A stretch of DNA of 64,000 bases, taken from a virus. Below, piece after piece: positions 7,980 to 16,515 of this stretch (the first letter of the stretch is position 1; the number at the start of each line of letters is the position of its first letter). The notes beneath the pieces are model-generated. The model did no database searches and was not told the origin of the DNA. It worked only from the letters and a program-made list of their open reading frames with translations. The stretch lies in IMG/VR virus record IMGVR_UViG_2718217807_000006. The stretch is one strand, 5' to 3'. Position numbers and translations under genes: made by a program.

Positions 7980-9731
7980 ATGGCAACCGTTGCAGATGGA
8001 TTCCGCTACGCCGAGCGCGTGGTATCTGGCGATATCGTTGCTGGCGAACTGGTGCGTCTTGCGTGCCAGCGGTTCTTTCATGATTTAGAGCACGGCCCGG
8101 AGCGCGGTGTTTATTTTGATGAAGGCCGCGCCCAGCACGTTCTCGATTTTTATAACTTCGTCCCCCATGTGAAGGGGCACTTGACCGGCAAGCCGATCGA
8201 GTTGATGGACTGGCACACCTTCATCCTGATTAACCTTTTTGGTTTTGTCGTCCCGCTGATAGATGAAATAACGTTTGAGAGCATTCTTGACGACGATGGC
8301 GATCCCATGTTTGTGCGTCGCTTTCGTACCGCCTATGACGAAGTAGCGCGTAAAAATGCCAAATCAACGCTTTCGTCTGGCATCGGGCTTTATATGACAG
8401 GTGCAGACGGTGAGGGTGGTTCTGAGGTTTATTCCGCCGCAACAACCCGGGATCAGGCCCGCATCGTGTTTGATGATGCGAAGCGCATGATTAAGCTGGC
8501 ACCGAAAACACTGGGCCGGTTGTTTGGTAGTAACAAGCTGAATATTCACCAGGAGCGGACGGGCTCAAAATTCGAACCTGTGGCAAGTGATGCGAATAAC
8601 CTCGACGGCCTGAATATTCACTGCGGGATCGTTGATGAGCTGCACGCACATAAAACCCGTGACGTCTGGGAAGTTCTGGAAACGGCGACCGGGGCGCGCC
8701 TGCAGTCCCTTATTTTTGCAATCACTACTGCGGGTTTTAATAAAGAAGGTATCTGCTACGAGCAACGTGATTATGCGATCAAGGTTCTGAAGAACTTTGA
8801 TAACCCTGACCCACTTTCCATTAAGGATGACAGCTATTTTGCGCTGATTTATACCCTGGATGAGGGTGACGATCCTTTCGACGAGGCAAACTGGCCGAAA
8901 GCTAATCCCGGTCTGGGTGTTTGTAAGCGATGGGACGACATGCGCCGTCTTGCCAAAAAGGCAAAAGAGCAGGTCGCGGCACGTGTCGGTTTTTTTACCA
9001 AGCATCTCAATATCTGGGTGCAGGGTGAAAAAGCATGGATGGACATGGCTCGATGGGAAAAATGCCGTGATTCATGGGAAGTTTCAACTTCTGCCAGCTG
9101 GTCAATGTGGCTTGGCGTTGACCTTTCCAACAAAATTGATATTTCAGCTGCGGTTAAAGTCTGGCTCGCTCCAAATGGCGATGTTTATGTCCGCTCCCGA
9201 TTCTGGATACCTGAAGGGCGGCTGGAAGCCTGTTCCAGGCAGCAGGCAGACCTTTACAGAAAATGGAATCTCGCTGGATTCCTTGAATTTACCGATGGTG
9301 ATGTCGTTGACCATGCAGTGATTAAAGACGAAACGATCGAATGGGCGCGAGGCGACTCGCTGAACGAGTTTGCATACGACCCGTGGAGTGCCACTCAGTT
9401 TGCTTTGTCGGTAGCAGCTGAAGGAGTACCGATTGTTGAAGTCCCTCAGACGGTAAAAAACCTGTCTGAAGCAATGAAGGAAGTCGAGGCGAAAATTTAC
9501 GCCGGACGTTTTCATCACGACGGCAACCCGGTGATGACCTGGATGATGTCCAACGTCACCGTCAAACCAGACAAAAACGAGAATATTTTCCCCAACAAGG
9601 CCACGCCTGAAAACAAAATTGATGGACCTGTCGCGATGTTTATTGCGATGAGTCGCTTGCTTGTTAACGGTGGTGGTGAAGTTGACTTCCTGTCCACTAT
9701 CGACCCTGACGAAGACCTTTTACTTCTATGA
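7980..9731 (+). CDS. Terminase large subunit
   Basis: VARKNAKS Walker A, GIVDELHAH Walker B, GVDLS and KIDGPVA nuclease motifs. Confidence 0.95.
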   Translation: MATVADGFRYAERVVSGDIVAGELVRLACQRFFHDLEHGPERGVYFDEGRAQHVLDFYNFVPHVKGHLTGKPIELMDWHTFILINLFGFVVPLIDEITFESILDDDGDPMFVRRFRTAYDEVARKNAKSTLSSGIGLYMTGADGEGGSEVYSAATTRDQARIVFDDAKRMIKLAPKTLGRLFGSNKLNIHQERTGSKFEPVASDANNLDGLNIHCGIVDELHAHKTRDVWEVLETATGARLQSLIFAITTAGFNKEGICYEQRDYAIKVLKNFDNPDPLSIKDDSYFALIYTLDEGDDPFDEANWPKANPGLGVCKRWDDMRRLAKKAKEQVAARVGFFTKHLNIWVQGEKAWMDMARWEKCRDSWEVSTSASWSMWLGVDLSNKIDISAAVKVWLAPNGDVYVRSRFWIPEGRLEACSRQQADLYRKWNLAGFLEFTDGDVVDHAVIKDETIEWARGDSLNEFAYDPWSATQFALSVAAEGVPIVEVPQTVKNLSEAMKEVEAKIYAGRFHHDGNPVMTWMMSNVTVKPDKNENIFPNKATPENKIDGPVAMFIAMSRLLVNGGGEVDFLSTIDPDEDLLLL

Positions 9732-9889
9732 AAACTTTAATCACTGATGCTATCGGCCTTACCGGGTTTGGTTCGCTCGCTGCAGGCGTATATCTGCAGT
9801 TCGGGCTGGCGCCGTCTCTGATGATGTCCGGTAGCCTGCTACTGCTTTTTGCGCTGGTGGCGGCAATGAGGGGGAAAAATGCTGCTTGA
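9728..9889 (+). CDS. Small 2-TM protein between terL and portal
   Basis: Manual translation MKTLITDAIGLTGFGSLAAGVYLQFGLAPSLMMSGSLLLLFALVAAMRGKNAA; overlaps both neighbours. Confidence 0.65.
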   Translation: MKTLITDAIGLTGFGSLAAGVYLQFGLAPSLMMSGSLLLLFALVAAMRGKNAA

Positions 9890-11105
9890 TGCCCTGTTCC
9901 GTAGTGAACCACTGGAAAACCCCACCACGCCGATCACGGGTGAATCGGCAGAAACCGATAACATTTTTGCCCGTGACGTGTTTGTCAGCCCGGAAACGGC
10001 GATGAAGCTGGCTGCGGTGTATGCCTGTATTTACGTTATCTCTTCGAATATCGCTCAGATGCCACTGCATGTTATGCGGAAAACCAATAACAAGGTTGAA
10101 GCAGCACGCGATCACGGTGTGTTTTACCTGCTTCACGATGAACCGAACATGTGGCAGACCAGCTATAAATGGCGCGAGTTAAAGCAGCGTCACATTCTGG
10201 GCTGGGGTAATGGTTATACCTGGGTTAAGCGCTCCCGCCGTGGAGAGGTTTCCGGGCTGGAATGCTGTATGCCCTGGGAAACAACGTTGCTTAACACAGG
10301 CGGCCGCTACACCTATGGTGTCTACAACGAAGAGGGGGCGTTTGCCGTCAACCCTGACGATATGGTGCATATCCGGGCGCTGGGGAATAATCAGAAAATG
10401 GGGCTCAGTCCAATCATGCAGCATGCCGAGACAATCGGTATGGGGATGAGCGGGCAGGCATACACCAGTTCATTCTTCAACGGTAATGCGCGGCCAGCGG
10501 GCATTATTTCGGTAAAAAACCAGCTTAACGACGAAAGTTGGGGGCGATTAAAAAGCATGTGGCAAAAGGCCACTGCCGCTTTGCGCAGCCAGGAGAATAA
10601 AACGATGCTTCTCCCGGCAGAGCTGGACTACAAAGCGCTCACCGTTTCCCCGGTTGATGCCCAGATCATTGATATGTCGAAGCTGAACCGGTCGATGATT
10701 GCAGGAATATTCAACGTTCCGGCACACATGATTAACGATCTCGAAAAAGCCACTTTCTCAAACATTACGCAGCAGGCCATTCAGTTTGTCCGCTACACGA
10801 TCATGCCGTGGGTGACGAACTGGGAGCAGGAACTCAATCGCCGCTTGTTTACCCGTGCAGAACTGGCCGCCGGGTATTACGTCCGGTTTAACCTGACAGG
10901 CCTGCTACGCGGAACCCCGCAGGAGCGTGCTCAGTTCTACCACTTTGCGATCACTGATGGCTGGATGAGCCGCAACGAGGCGCGAGCCTTTGAAGATATG
11001 AACCCGGTAGACGGCCTGGATGAAATGCTGGTGAGCGTTAACGCGGCTAACCCGGCAGACGATTTTAAGTCGCCAAAAACCGACGAGGAAAAAACCAATG
11101 AATGA
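9879..11105 (+). CDS. Portal protein, HK97 family
   Basis: LAAVYACI, GLSPI, IAGIFNVPAHMI, MSRNEARAFEDMNP. Confidence 0.95.
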   Translation: MLLDALFRSEPLENPTTPITGESAETDNIFARDVFVSPETAMKLAAVYACIYVISSNIAQMPLHVMRKTNNKVEAARDHGVFYLLHDEPNMWQTSYKWRELKQRHILGWGNGYTWVKRSRRGEVSGLECCMPWETTLLNTGGRYTYGVYNEEGAFAVNPDDMVHIRALGNNQKMGLSPIMQHAETIGMGMSGQAYTSSFFNGNARPAGIISVKNQLNDESWGRLKSMWQKATAALRSQENKTMLLPAELDYKALTVSPVDAQIIDMSKLNRSMIAGIFNVPAHMINDLEKATFSNITQQAIQFVRYTIMPWVTNWEQELNRRLFTRAELAAGYYVRFNLTGLLRGTPQERAQFYHFAITDGWMSRNEARAFEDMNPVDGLDEMLVSVNAANPADDFKSPKTDEEKTNE

Positions 11106-11697
11106 CCGTGAAACGCGCTGCTATAGCGGGGAGGTTCGCGCGGAACAACGCACCGATGAACCTACCCGCATTCTGGGTTACGGATCGGTGTTTAACAGTC
11201 GCTCTGAACCCCTCTGGGGATTCCGTGAAATCATCAAGCCCGGAGCCTTTGACGATGTGCTGAATGATGATGTACGTGGGCTGTTTAACCATGATCCCAA
11301 TTTTATTCTTGGACGCAGCGCCGCCGGAACACTTTCGCTGTCTGTCGATGAGCGCGGCCTGCGTTACGACATTACAGCTCCGGATACGCAAACTATCCGC
11401 GATCTGGTTCTGGCACCGATGTTGCGCGGTGACATTAACCAGTCGTCCTTTGCCTTTCGCGTCGCCCGTGATGGCGAGCACTGGTACGAGGATGACGAAG
11501 GGGTAGTTATTCGTGAAATATCGAAGTTTTCCCGGCTGTTTGATGTCAGTCCGGTGACCTATCCCGCATATCAGGAGGCCGATTCCGGCGTCCGATCGAT
11601 GAAAGCCTGGCAGGAGGCGCGCGACGGCGGTGCGCTAAAGAACGCCATTAATCAACGAATGGCGCGTGAGCGCCTGCTGACCCTTCTTAACGCGTAA
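11098..11697 (+). CDS. Prohead maturation protease (HK97 family)
   Basis: FREIIKPGAF, LFNHD, SSFAF, DVSPVTYPAY. Confidence 0.95.
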   Translation: MNDRETRCYSGEVRAEQRTDEPTRILGYGSVFNSRSEPLWGFREIIKPGAFDDVLNDDVRGLFNHDPNFILGRSAAGTLSLSVDERGLRYDITAPDTQTIRDLVLAPMLRGDINQSSFAFRVARDGEHWYEDDEGVVIREISKFSRLFDVSPVTYPAYQEADSGVRSMKAWQEARDGGALKNAINQRMARERLLTLLNA

Positions 11698-11706
11698 GGA
11701 AATACC

Positions 11707-12945
11707 ATGAAACTGCATGAAATGAAGCAAAAACGTAACACCATCGCCAAAGATATGCGCGCACTCCATGACAAAATTGGTGATACGCCCTGGACTGATG
11801 AGCAGCGTACCCAGTGGAACGCTGCAAAATCAGAGCTTGATTCCCTTGATGAGCGTATTGCACGCGAAGAGGAACTGCGTCGCCAGGATCAGGACTATAT
11901 CGATGAAAATGAGCCGGAACAGCGCCAGCAACAGAACCGTGATCCAGCAAACCCGGAAGCGCATGCAAATGAGCGCAGGGCAGCGGCGTTTAATGCGTTT
12001 TTGCGCCGTGGTCTTGGCGAGATGAGCGCTGAAGAACGCCAGGCTTTAAAGGAGCTGCGTGCTCAGGGTACGACGCCTGATGAAAAAGGGGGTTACACCG
12101 TACCAACCCAGTTCCGCAATAAGATTGTCGATGCACTGAAAGATTACGGTGGTATTGCCAGTGTGGCCCAAATCCTGAATACCTCAAACGGACAGGATAT
12201 CGACTGGGCAACTTCTGACGGTACCGCTGAAGAAGGTGAACTGCTTGGCGAAAACACCGAAACCAGTGAAGAAGATGTATCTTTCGGCGGCGCGACTCTG
12301 GGAGCAAAGAAACTTTCTTCCAAAATCATCCGGGTGTCGAATGAATTGCTGCAGGACAGCGGCGTCGATATCGAAGCATTTCTTGCCGGACGTATCGCAA
12401 CGCGCATTGGCCGTGGTGAAGCGAAATATCTGGTCCTTGGCACCGGGACGGGTACACCGCTACAGCCGAAAGGACTGGCATCCTCAGTAACAGGGACGAA
12501 AAACACGGCTTCAGCGACAGCTTTCACCTGGAAAGAACTCAACGCGCTGAAACATGCTGTTGATCCCGCCTATCGTAATGGCCCGAAAGTTCGCTTTGCC
12601 TTTAACGATGCAACGCTCCAGTTGGTGGAAGAGATGGAAGATGGCCAGGGCCGTCCTCTCTGGTTGCCGAATATTATCGGTGGCGCACCTGCTACTGTTC
12701 TGCAGGTGCCGTATGTTGTGGACCAGGCCATTCCTGATATCGCGGCGGGTGCCAAATTTGCTTACTTCGGCGACTTTAACCGCTTTATCGTTCGTCGCGT
12801 CACCTACATGACGTTGAAACGGCTGGTGGAGCGGTATGCTGAGTACGATCAGACTGGCTTCCTGGCCTTCCATCGCTTCGATTGTGTGCTGGAAGATACC
12901 GGGGCAATTAAAGCGCTGGTGGGCAAACCGGCATCTGGCGGCTAA
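11707..12945 (+). CDS. Major capsid protein, HK97 fold with delta domain
   Basis: Coiled-coil N-terminus, GGYTVP, ELLQDS, YFGDF. Confidence 0.95.
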   Translation: MKLHEMKQKRNTIAKDMRALHDKIGDTPWTDEQRTQWNAAKSELDSLDERIAREEELRRQDQDYIDENEPEQRQQQNRDPANPEAHANERRAAAFNAFLRRGLGEMSAEERQALKELRAQGTTPDEKGGYTVPTQFRNKIVDALKDYGGIASVAQILNTSNGQDIDWATSDGTAEEGELLGENTETSEEDVSFGGATLGAKKLSSKIIRVSNELLQDSGVDIEAFLAGRIATRIGRGEAKYLVLGTGTGTPLQPKGLASSVTGTKNTASATAFTWKELNALKHAVDPAYRNGPKVRFAFNDATLQLVEEMEDGQGRPLWLPNIIGGAPATVLQVPYVVDQAIPDIAAGAKFAYFGDFNRFIVRRVTYMTLKRLVERYAEYDQTGFLAFHRFDCVLEDTGAIKALVGKPASGG

Positions 12946-12968
12946 GGCAATAATCAGCTTCAACCTCC

Positions 12969-12988
12969 ACCGCTCCGGCGGTTTTTTT
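12969..12988 (+). terminator. Intrinsic terminator after capsid gene
   Basis: accgc-tccg-gcggttttttt. Confidence 0.75.
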
Positions 12989-13022
12989 GTGCCCGCAGTT
13001 CGCTGCGGGCCAGGGAAAAACG

Positions 13023-13340
13023 ATGAGCACAACGATTGAAAAGTTAAGGGCTCAGTGTCGGATCGATATCGACGACACAACGGAAGATGAGTCGCTTATG
13101 CTCTATTATGGCGCTGCGCGCCGTAGGGCGGAGAACTTCATCAACCGAAATCTTTATGAAGATGAAGTGCCGGAAACCGATCCTGATGGGCTGGTGATTG
13201 CTGACGATATTTTACTGGCATTGATGCTGCTGGTTGGGCACTGGTATGAAAACAGGGAAGAATCTACAGATGCGGCCAAGGCCAGCATTCCCTTCGGCTT
13301 TACCTCTCTGATAGAGCCGTACCGCTATATTCCGCTGTAG
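13023..13340 (+). CDS. Head-tail connector (HK97 gp6-like)
   Basis: LRAQCRID...LMLLVGHWYENRE. Confidence 0.9.
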   Translation: MSTTIEKLRAQCRIDIDDTTEDESLMLYYGAARRRAENFINRNLYEDEVPETDPDGLVIADDILLALMLLVGHWYENREESTDAAKASIPFGFTSLIEPYRYIPL

Positions 13341-13348
13341 GAGAATTT

Positions 13349-13687
13349 ATGCAGGCAGGACGATTACGGCACCGGGTCACCATTCAGAACTTCACAACCT
13401 CCAGAACACCTTCCGGTCAGCCGGTTGAAAAATGGGAAGATGGGAAAACTATCTGGGCCGAGGTTAAGGGGATAAGCGGTCGGGAGCTGTTAGCCGCTGG
13501 CGTAGAGCATGCTGATGCGACAATCCGGGTCTGGGTGCGCTTTCGCAGGGATATTTCAGCCACATCCCGATTGAATGTACGGACCGGCCCGTTTAAAGGC
13601 GCAGTTCTTAACGTTACCGGGCCTCCGGTTCCGGATATCAAAGGTACCCGGCTGGAAATTCTCTGCAAACAGGGGACCGAAAAATGA
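13349..13687 (+). CDS. Head closure/head-tail adaptor
   Basis: MQAGRLRHRVTIQ...IWAEVKGISGRE. Confidence 0.9.
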   Translation: MQAGRLRHRVTIQNFTTSRTPSGQPVEKWEDGKTIWAEVKGISGRELLAAGVEHADATIRVWVRFRRDISATSRLNVRTGPFKGAVLNVTGPPVPDIKGTRLEILCKQGTEK

Positions 13688-14133
13688 TTGATGTGAATCT
13701 GGATTTTTCCGGCTTAGAGGATATCGCCCGAGACCTTCAAACCCTCAGCAAAGCCGAAAACAACAAAGTCCTCCGGGATTCGACCCGCGCCGGGGCTGAA
13801 GTCCTCCGGCAGGAAGTGATTGACAGGGCTCATGAGCAAACCGGGAAGCTGAAGAAAAACGTTGTTGTCGTTACCCAGAAAAGCCGCCGACGCGGTGAAA
13901 TTTCCTCGGGGGTGCATATTCGTGGTGTTAATCCGCGAACAGGGAACAGCGACAACACCATGAAGGCCAGCAACAAGCGGAATGCTTTCTACTGGCGCTT
14001 CGTGGAGCTTGGAACATCTACGGCCCCGGCACATCCCTTTGTGCGTCCTGCGTTTGATACCCGGCAGGAAGAAGCCGCACAGGCAGCAATGAATCGAATG
14101 AACAAGGCGATTGATGAGGTGCTGGCGAAATGA
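13684..14133 (+). CDS. HK97 gp10-family tail component
   Basis: FYWRFVELGTS..PAHPFVRPAFD. Confidence 0.9.
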   Translation: MIDVNLDFSGLEDIARDLQTLSKAENNKVLRDSTRAGAEVLRQEVIDRAHEQTGKLKKNVVVVTQKSRRRGEISSGVHIRGVNPRTGNSDNTMKASNKRNAFYWRFVELGTSTAPAHPFVRPAFDTRQEEAAQAAMNRMNKAIDEVLAK

Positions 14134-14477
14134 CAGAGGATGATATCTACGCTTTGCTTGCTCCGCTGGCAGACGGGCGGGTTTATCCGTATGTGGTGCC
14201 GCTTGGCAGCGACGATTTACCCGCGGTGGCCGCTCCTTACATCATTTTCTCGATACCGACAGATGTTGCCGGGGATGTGTTCTGTGGGCAGGCCGAATCG
14301 ACGCTGCACATTCAGGTAGACGTGTGGGCAGAAACTAACGATGAGGCCAGGGCGTTGCGGCTTGAGGTCCTTTCCCGGCTTGAAGTGCTTTCACCTACCG
14401 AAGTGACCAAAATCCCCGGCTACGACACCACAACTCACCTGCATCGGGCAACGCTTGAAATAACCGTCATTGCCTGA
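14130..14477 (+). CDS. Tail completion/terminator protein (DUF3168-like)
   Basis: GRVYPYV...PYIIF...IQVDVWA; synteny. Confidence 0.8.
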   Translation: MTEDDIYALLAPLADGRVYPYVVPLGSDDLPAVAAPYIIFSIPTDVAGDVFCGQAESTLHIQVDVWAETNDEARALRLEVLSRLEVLSPTEVTKIPGYDTTTHLHRATLEITVIA

Positions 14478-14496
14478 CTGAAACCAATCCAACCTG

Positions 14497-14516
14497 ACCG
14501 CCGCTGGCGGTTTTTT
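14497..14516 (+). terminator. Intrinsic terminator before major tail gene
   Basis: accgcc-gct-ggcggtttttt. Confidence 0.65.
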
Positions 14517-14533
14517 CATTTATGGAGGCTGCA

Positions 14534-15244
14534 ATGTCAGCACTATTTGAACGCGCCCAAAAAACGGTAGTAATGATTACATCAGTGCCGGTCACTGCGG
14601 AAGAGCTGGCATCGGCGACCTGGCTCAACCTGAGTTGCACCATTAAACAGGCCAGCTTTACCGCTGGTCAGAAAAACGATATTGACGTGACAACGCTATG
14701 CTCCGAAGAAACGGAGAATATCAACGGACTCCCGGCACCGTCTGAGATGTCTCTCTCCGGTAACTTCTACCGCAACCCGGCGCAGGATACGCTGCGTACT
14801 GCTTACGATAATGACGGCGTATACGGCTTTAAGGTTGTGTTCCCTTCCGGGAATGGCTTCCTGTTCCGCGCCGAAGTTCGTCAGCATACCTGGGATTCAC
14901 AGACCAACGGTGTTGTTGCTGCAACGTTCTCTCTGCGTCTGAAAGGCAAGCCAACCAACATTGACGCCTCTGGCATTCTGTCTTTTGCCGCAGACCTTCC
15001 TGCATCGCAGACGGTAGCGGTCGGAAGCGCCCTGACAATGGGTGTGGTGGTTCAGGGCGGCACGGAACCTTATACCTACGTCTGGAAAAAAGGTTCCTCA
15101 ACTGTTAGCGGGCAGACCAGCGCAACGTTTAATAAGGCCAGTGCAGTTTCTGGTGATGCCGGAGTTTACTCCTGTGTAGTCACTGACTCTGCCACTCCGG
15201 CGAACGTTATCACCTCATCTGATTGCACCGTCACCATCAGTTAA
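14534..15244 (+). CDS. Major tail tube protein with C-terminal Ig-like domain
   Basis: IDVTTLCS core; YTYVWKKG...DAGVYSCVVTDS Ig signature. Confidence 0.9.
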   Translation: MSALFERAQKTVVMITSVPVTAEELASATWLNLSCTIKQASFTAGQKNDIDVTTLCSEETENINGLPAPSEMSLSGNFYRNPAQDTLRTAYDNDGVYGFKVVFPSGNGFLFRAEVRQHTWDSQTNGVVAATFSLRLKGKPTNIDASGILSFAADLPASQTVAVGSALTMGVVVQGGTEPYTYVWKKGSSTVSGQTSATFNKASAVSGDAGVYSCVVTDSATPANVITSSDCTVTIS

Positions 15245-15274
15245 TGGAGCGCCGGGAAACCGGCGATAAACTTA

Positions 15275-15679
15275 ATGTCAAAACAGAATCTTAAAGCGCT
15301 GGCACTGGCCCCGATGGCGGGTTTCCGTAAAAAAGAAGTCACCGTTCCGGAGTGGGAAAACGCCAGAGTTATCATTCGTGAACCATCGGCTGAAGCCTGG
15401 ATTCGCTGGCAGGGGATTGCCAGTCCGGAACAACCAAAATCACCGGAAGGGCAGGAAGCGCCAGAGGTGCCAGAACTGACCCCTTCAGAACGTGCTTTCC
15501 GCACGATGCGGGCAGATGTCACACTCTTCATTGATATTCTGCTGGATACCGACCTGCAGTACGTTTTCACCGTCGATGATACCGAACAGGTTGAAGCAAT
15601 TTATGGCCCTGTCCATTCCCGATTGTTGAAACAGGCACTTGATCTCATTCGTGATGCGGATGATGCCAAAGCAAAGTAA
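15275..15679 (+). CDS. Tail assembly chaperone (gpG-like)
   Basis: KKEVTVPEWENARVIIREPS; synteny before tape measure. Confidence 0.85.
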   Translation: MSKQNLKALALAPMAGFRKKEVTVPEWENARVIIREPSAEAWIRWQGIASPEQPKSPEGQEAPEVPELTPSERAFRTMRADVTLFIDILLDTDLQYVFTVDDTEQVEAIYGPVHSRLLKQALDLIRDADDAKAK

Positions 15680-15681
15680 AA

Positions 15682-15987
15682 ATGCCTGGCATGCAGTTCC
15701 TGATGGCGCTGGCGCTCCGGATGGGCCGCACGCTGGGCGAACTGCGACAAACCATGACGGTCGGCGAATTCAGGATGTGGGCTGAATACGACCGTATTAG
15801 CCCGATCGGTGATATCCGTGGCGATATTCTCAATGCTCAGCTGGTTTCAGCGATGTACGGTGCGCAGGGCGGTAAAGTTACCATTGAAGACGCACAGATT
15901 CAGTGGAGCGCAGAAGAGGAAGTGGCAAGCGACAGCGGCGATCCTTTTGCAGGCTTAGAAGCCGCTTTGCTCGCGGCTTCAGCTTGA
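15682..15987 (+). CDS. Tail assembly chaperone gpT part (-1 frame of gpG)
   Basis: FLMALALRMGRTLGEL...SPIGDIRGD; in the -1 frame relative to gpG. Confidence 0.85.
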   Translation: MPGMQFLMALALRMGRTLGELRQTMTVGEFRMWAEYDRISPIGDIRGDILNAQLVSAMYGAQGGKVTIEDAQIQWSAEEEVASDSGDPFAGLEAALLAASA

Positions 15988-16062
15988 ATTAAACAACGAT
16001 AGCTGAAGTCTTTCTTAACCAATGGTAGGATTTACCCATATCTTTACCAACAGGGGCGCTGT

Positions 16063-16446
16063 GTGAAAAAATTAATAGTTTTGGCATTATCCATTTTAGT
16101 GCTGGCCGGATGTAAGCCCGGCGAAGAAAAAGCAATAGATATTGCTAAAAAGGAAGTTGCTGCTGACATGAAAGATCCAGATAGTGCAAAGTTTCGCTAT
16201 CTAAGGTTTGTAAAAGCAGGTGAAAAAGATGGGCTGGTTGGCGGATTTGTTTGTGGTGAAATAAATTCAAAAAATAGTTACGGTGCTTATGCTGGTTATT
16301 CAAAGTTTCAGTTGGCTTTAACAATGAAATCGAAAGGTTTTTTCTCTAAAGGTGTAAGCTATACTATTGATGATAAGAAGATATACAAAGCCCTCATTGG
16401 TTCTGATTTGGATTTTTATTATAAGATATGCGGTCAGGATGAGTGA
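16063..16446 (+). CDS. Moron lipoprotein
   Basis: MKKLIVLALSILVLAG-C lipobox; MKDPDSAKFR, VCGEINSKNSYGAYAG; AT-rich. Confidence 0.85.
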   Translation: MKKLIVLALSILVLAGCKPGEEKAIDIAKKEVAADMKDPDSAKFRYLRFVKAGEKDGLVGGFVCGEINSKNSYGAYAGYSKFQLALTMKSKGFFSKGVSYTIDDKKIYKALIGSDLDFYYKICGQDE

Positions 16447-16470
16447 TTGATTAAACTAATGAATTAAATT

Positions 16471-16497
16471 AAGAGCCTCGCACAAGCGGGGCTTTTT
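16471..16497 (+). terminator. Intrinsic terminator after lipoprotein moron
   Basis: gagcctcgc-acaa-gcggggcttttt. Confidence 0.8.
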
Positions 16498-16515
16498 GTT
16501 GTTAGAGGAATAGCA

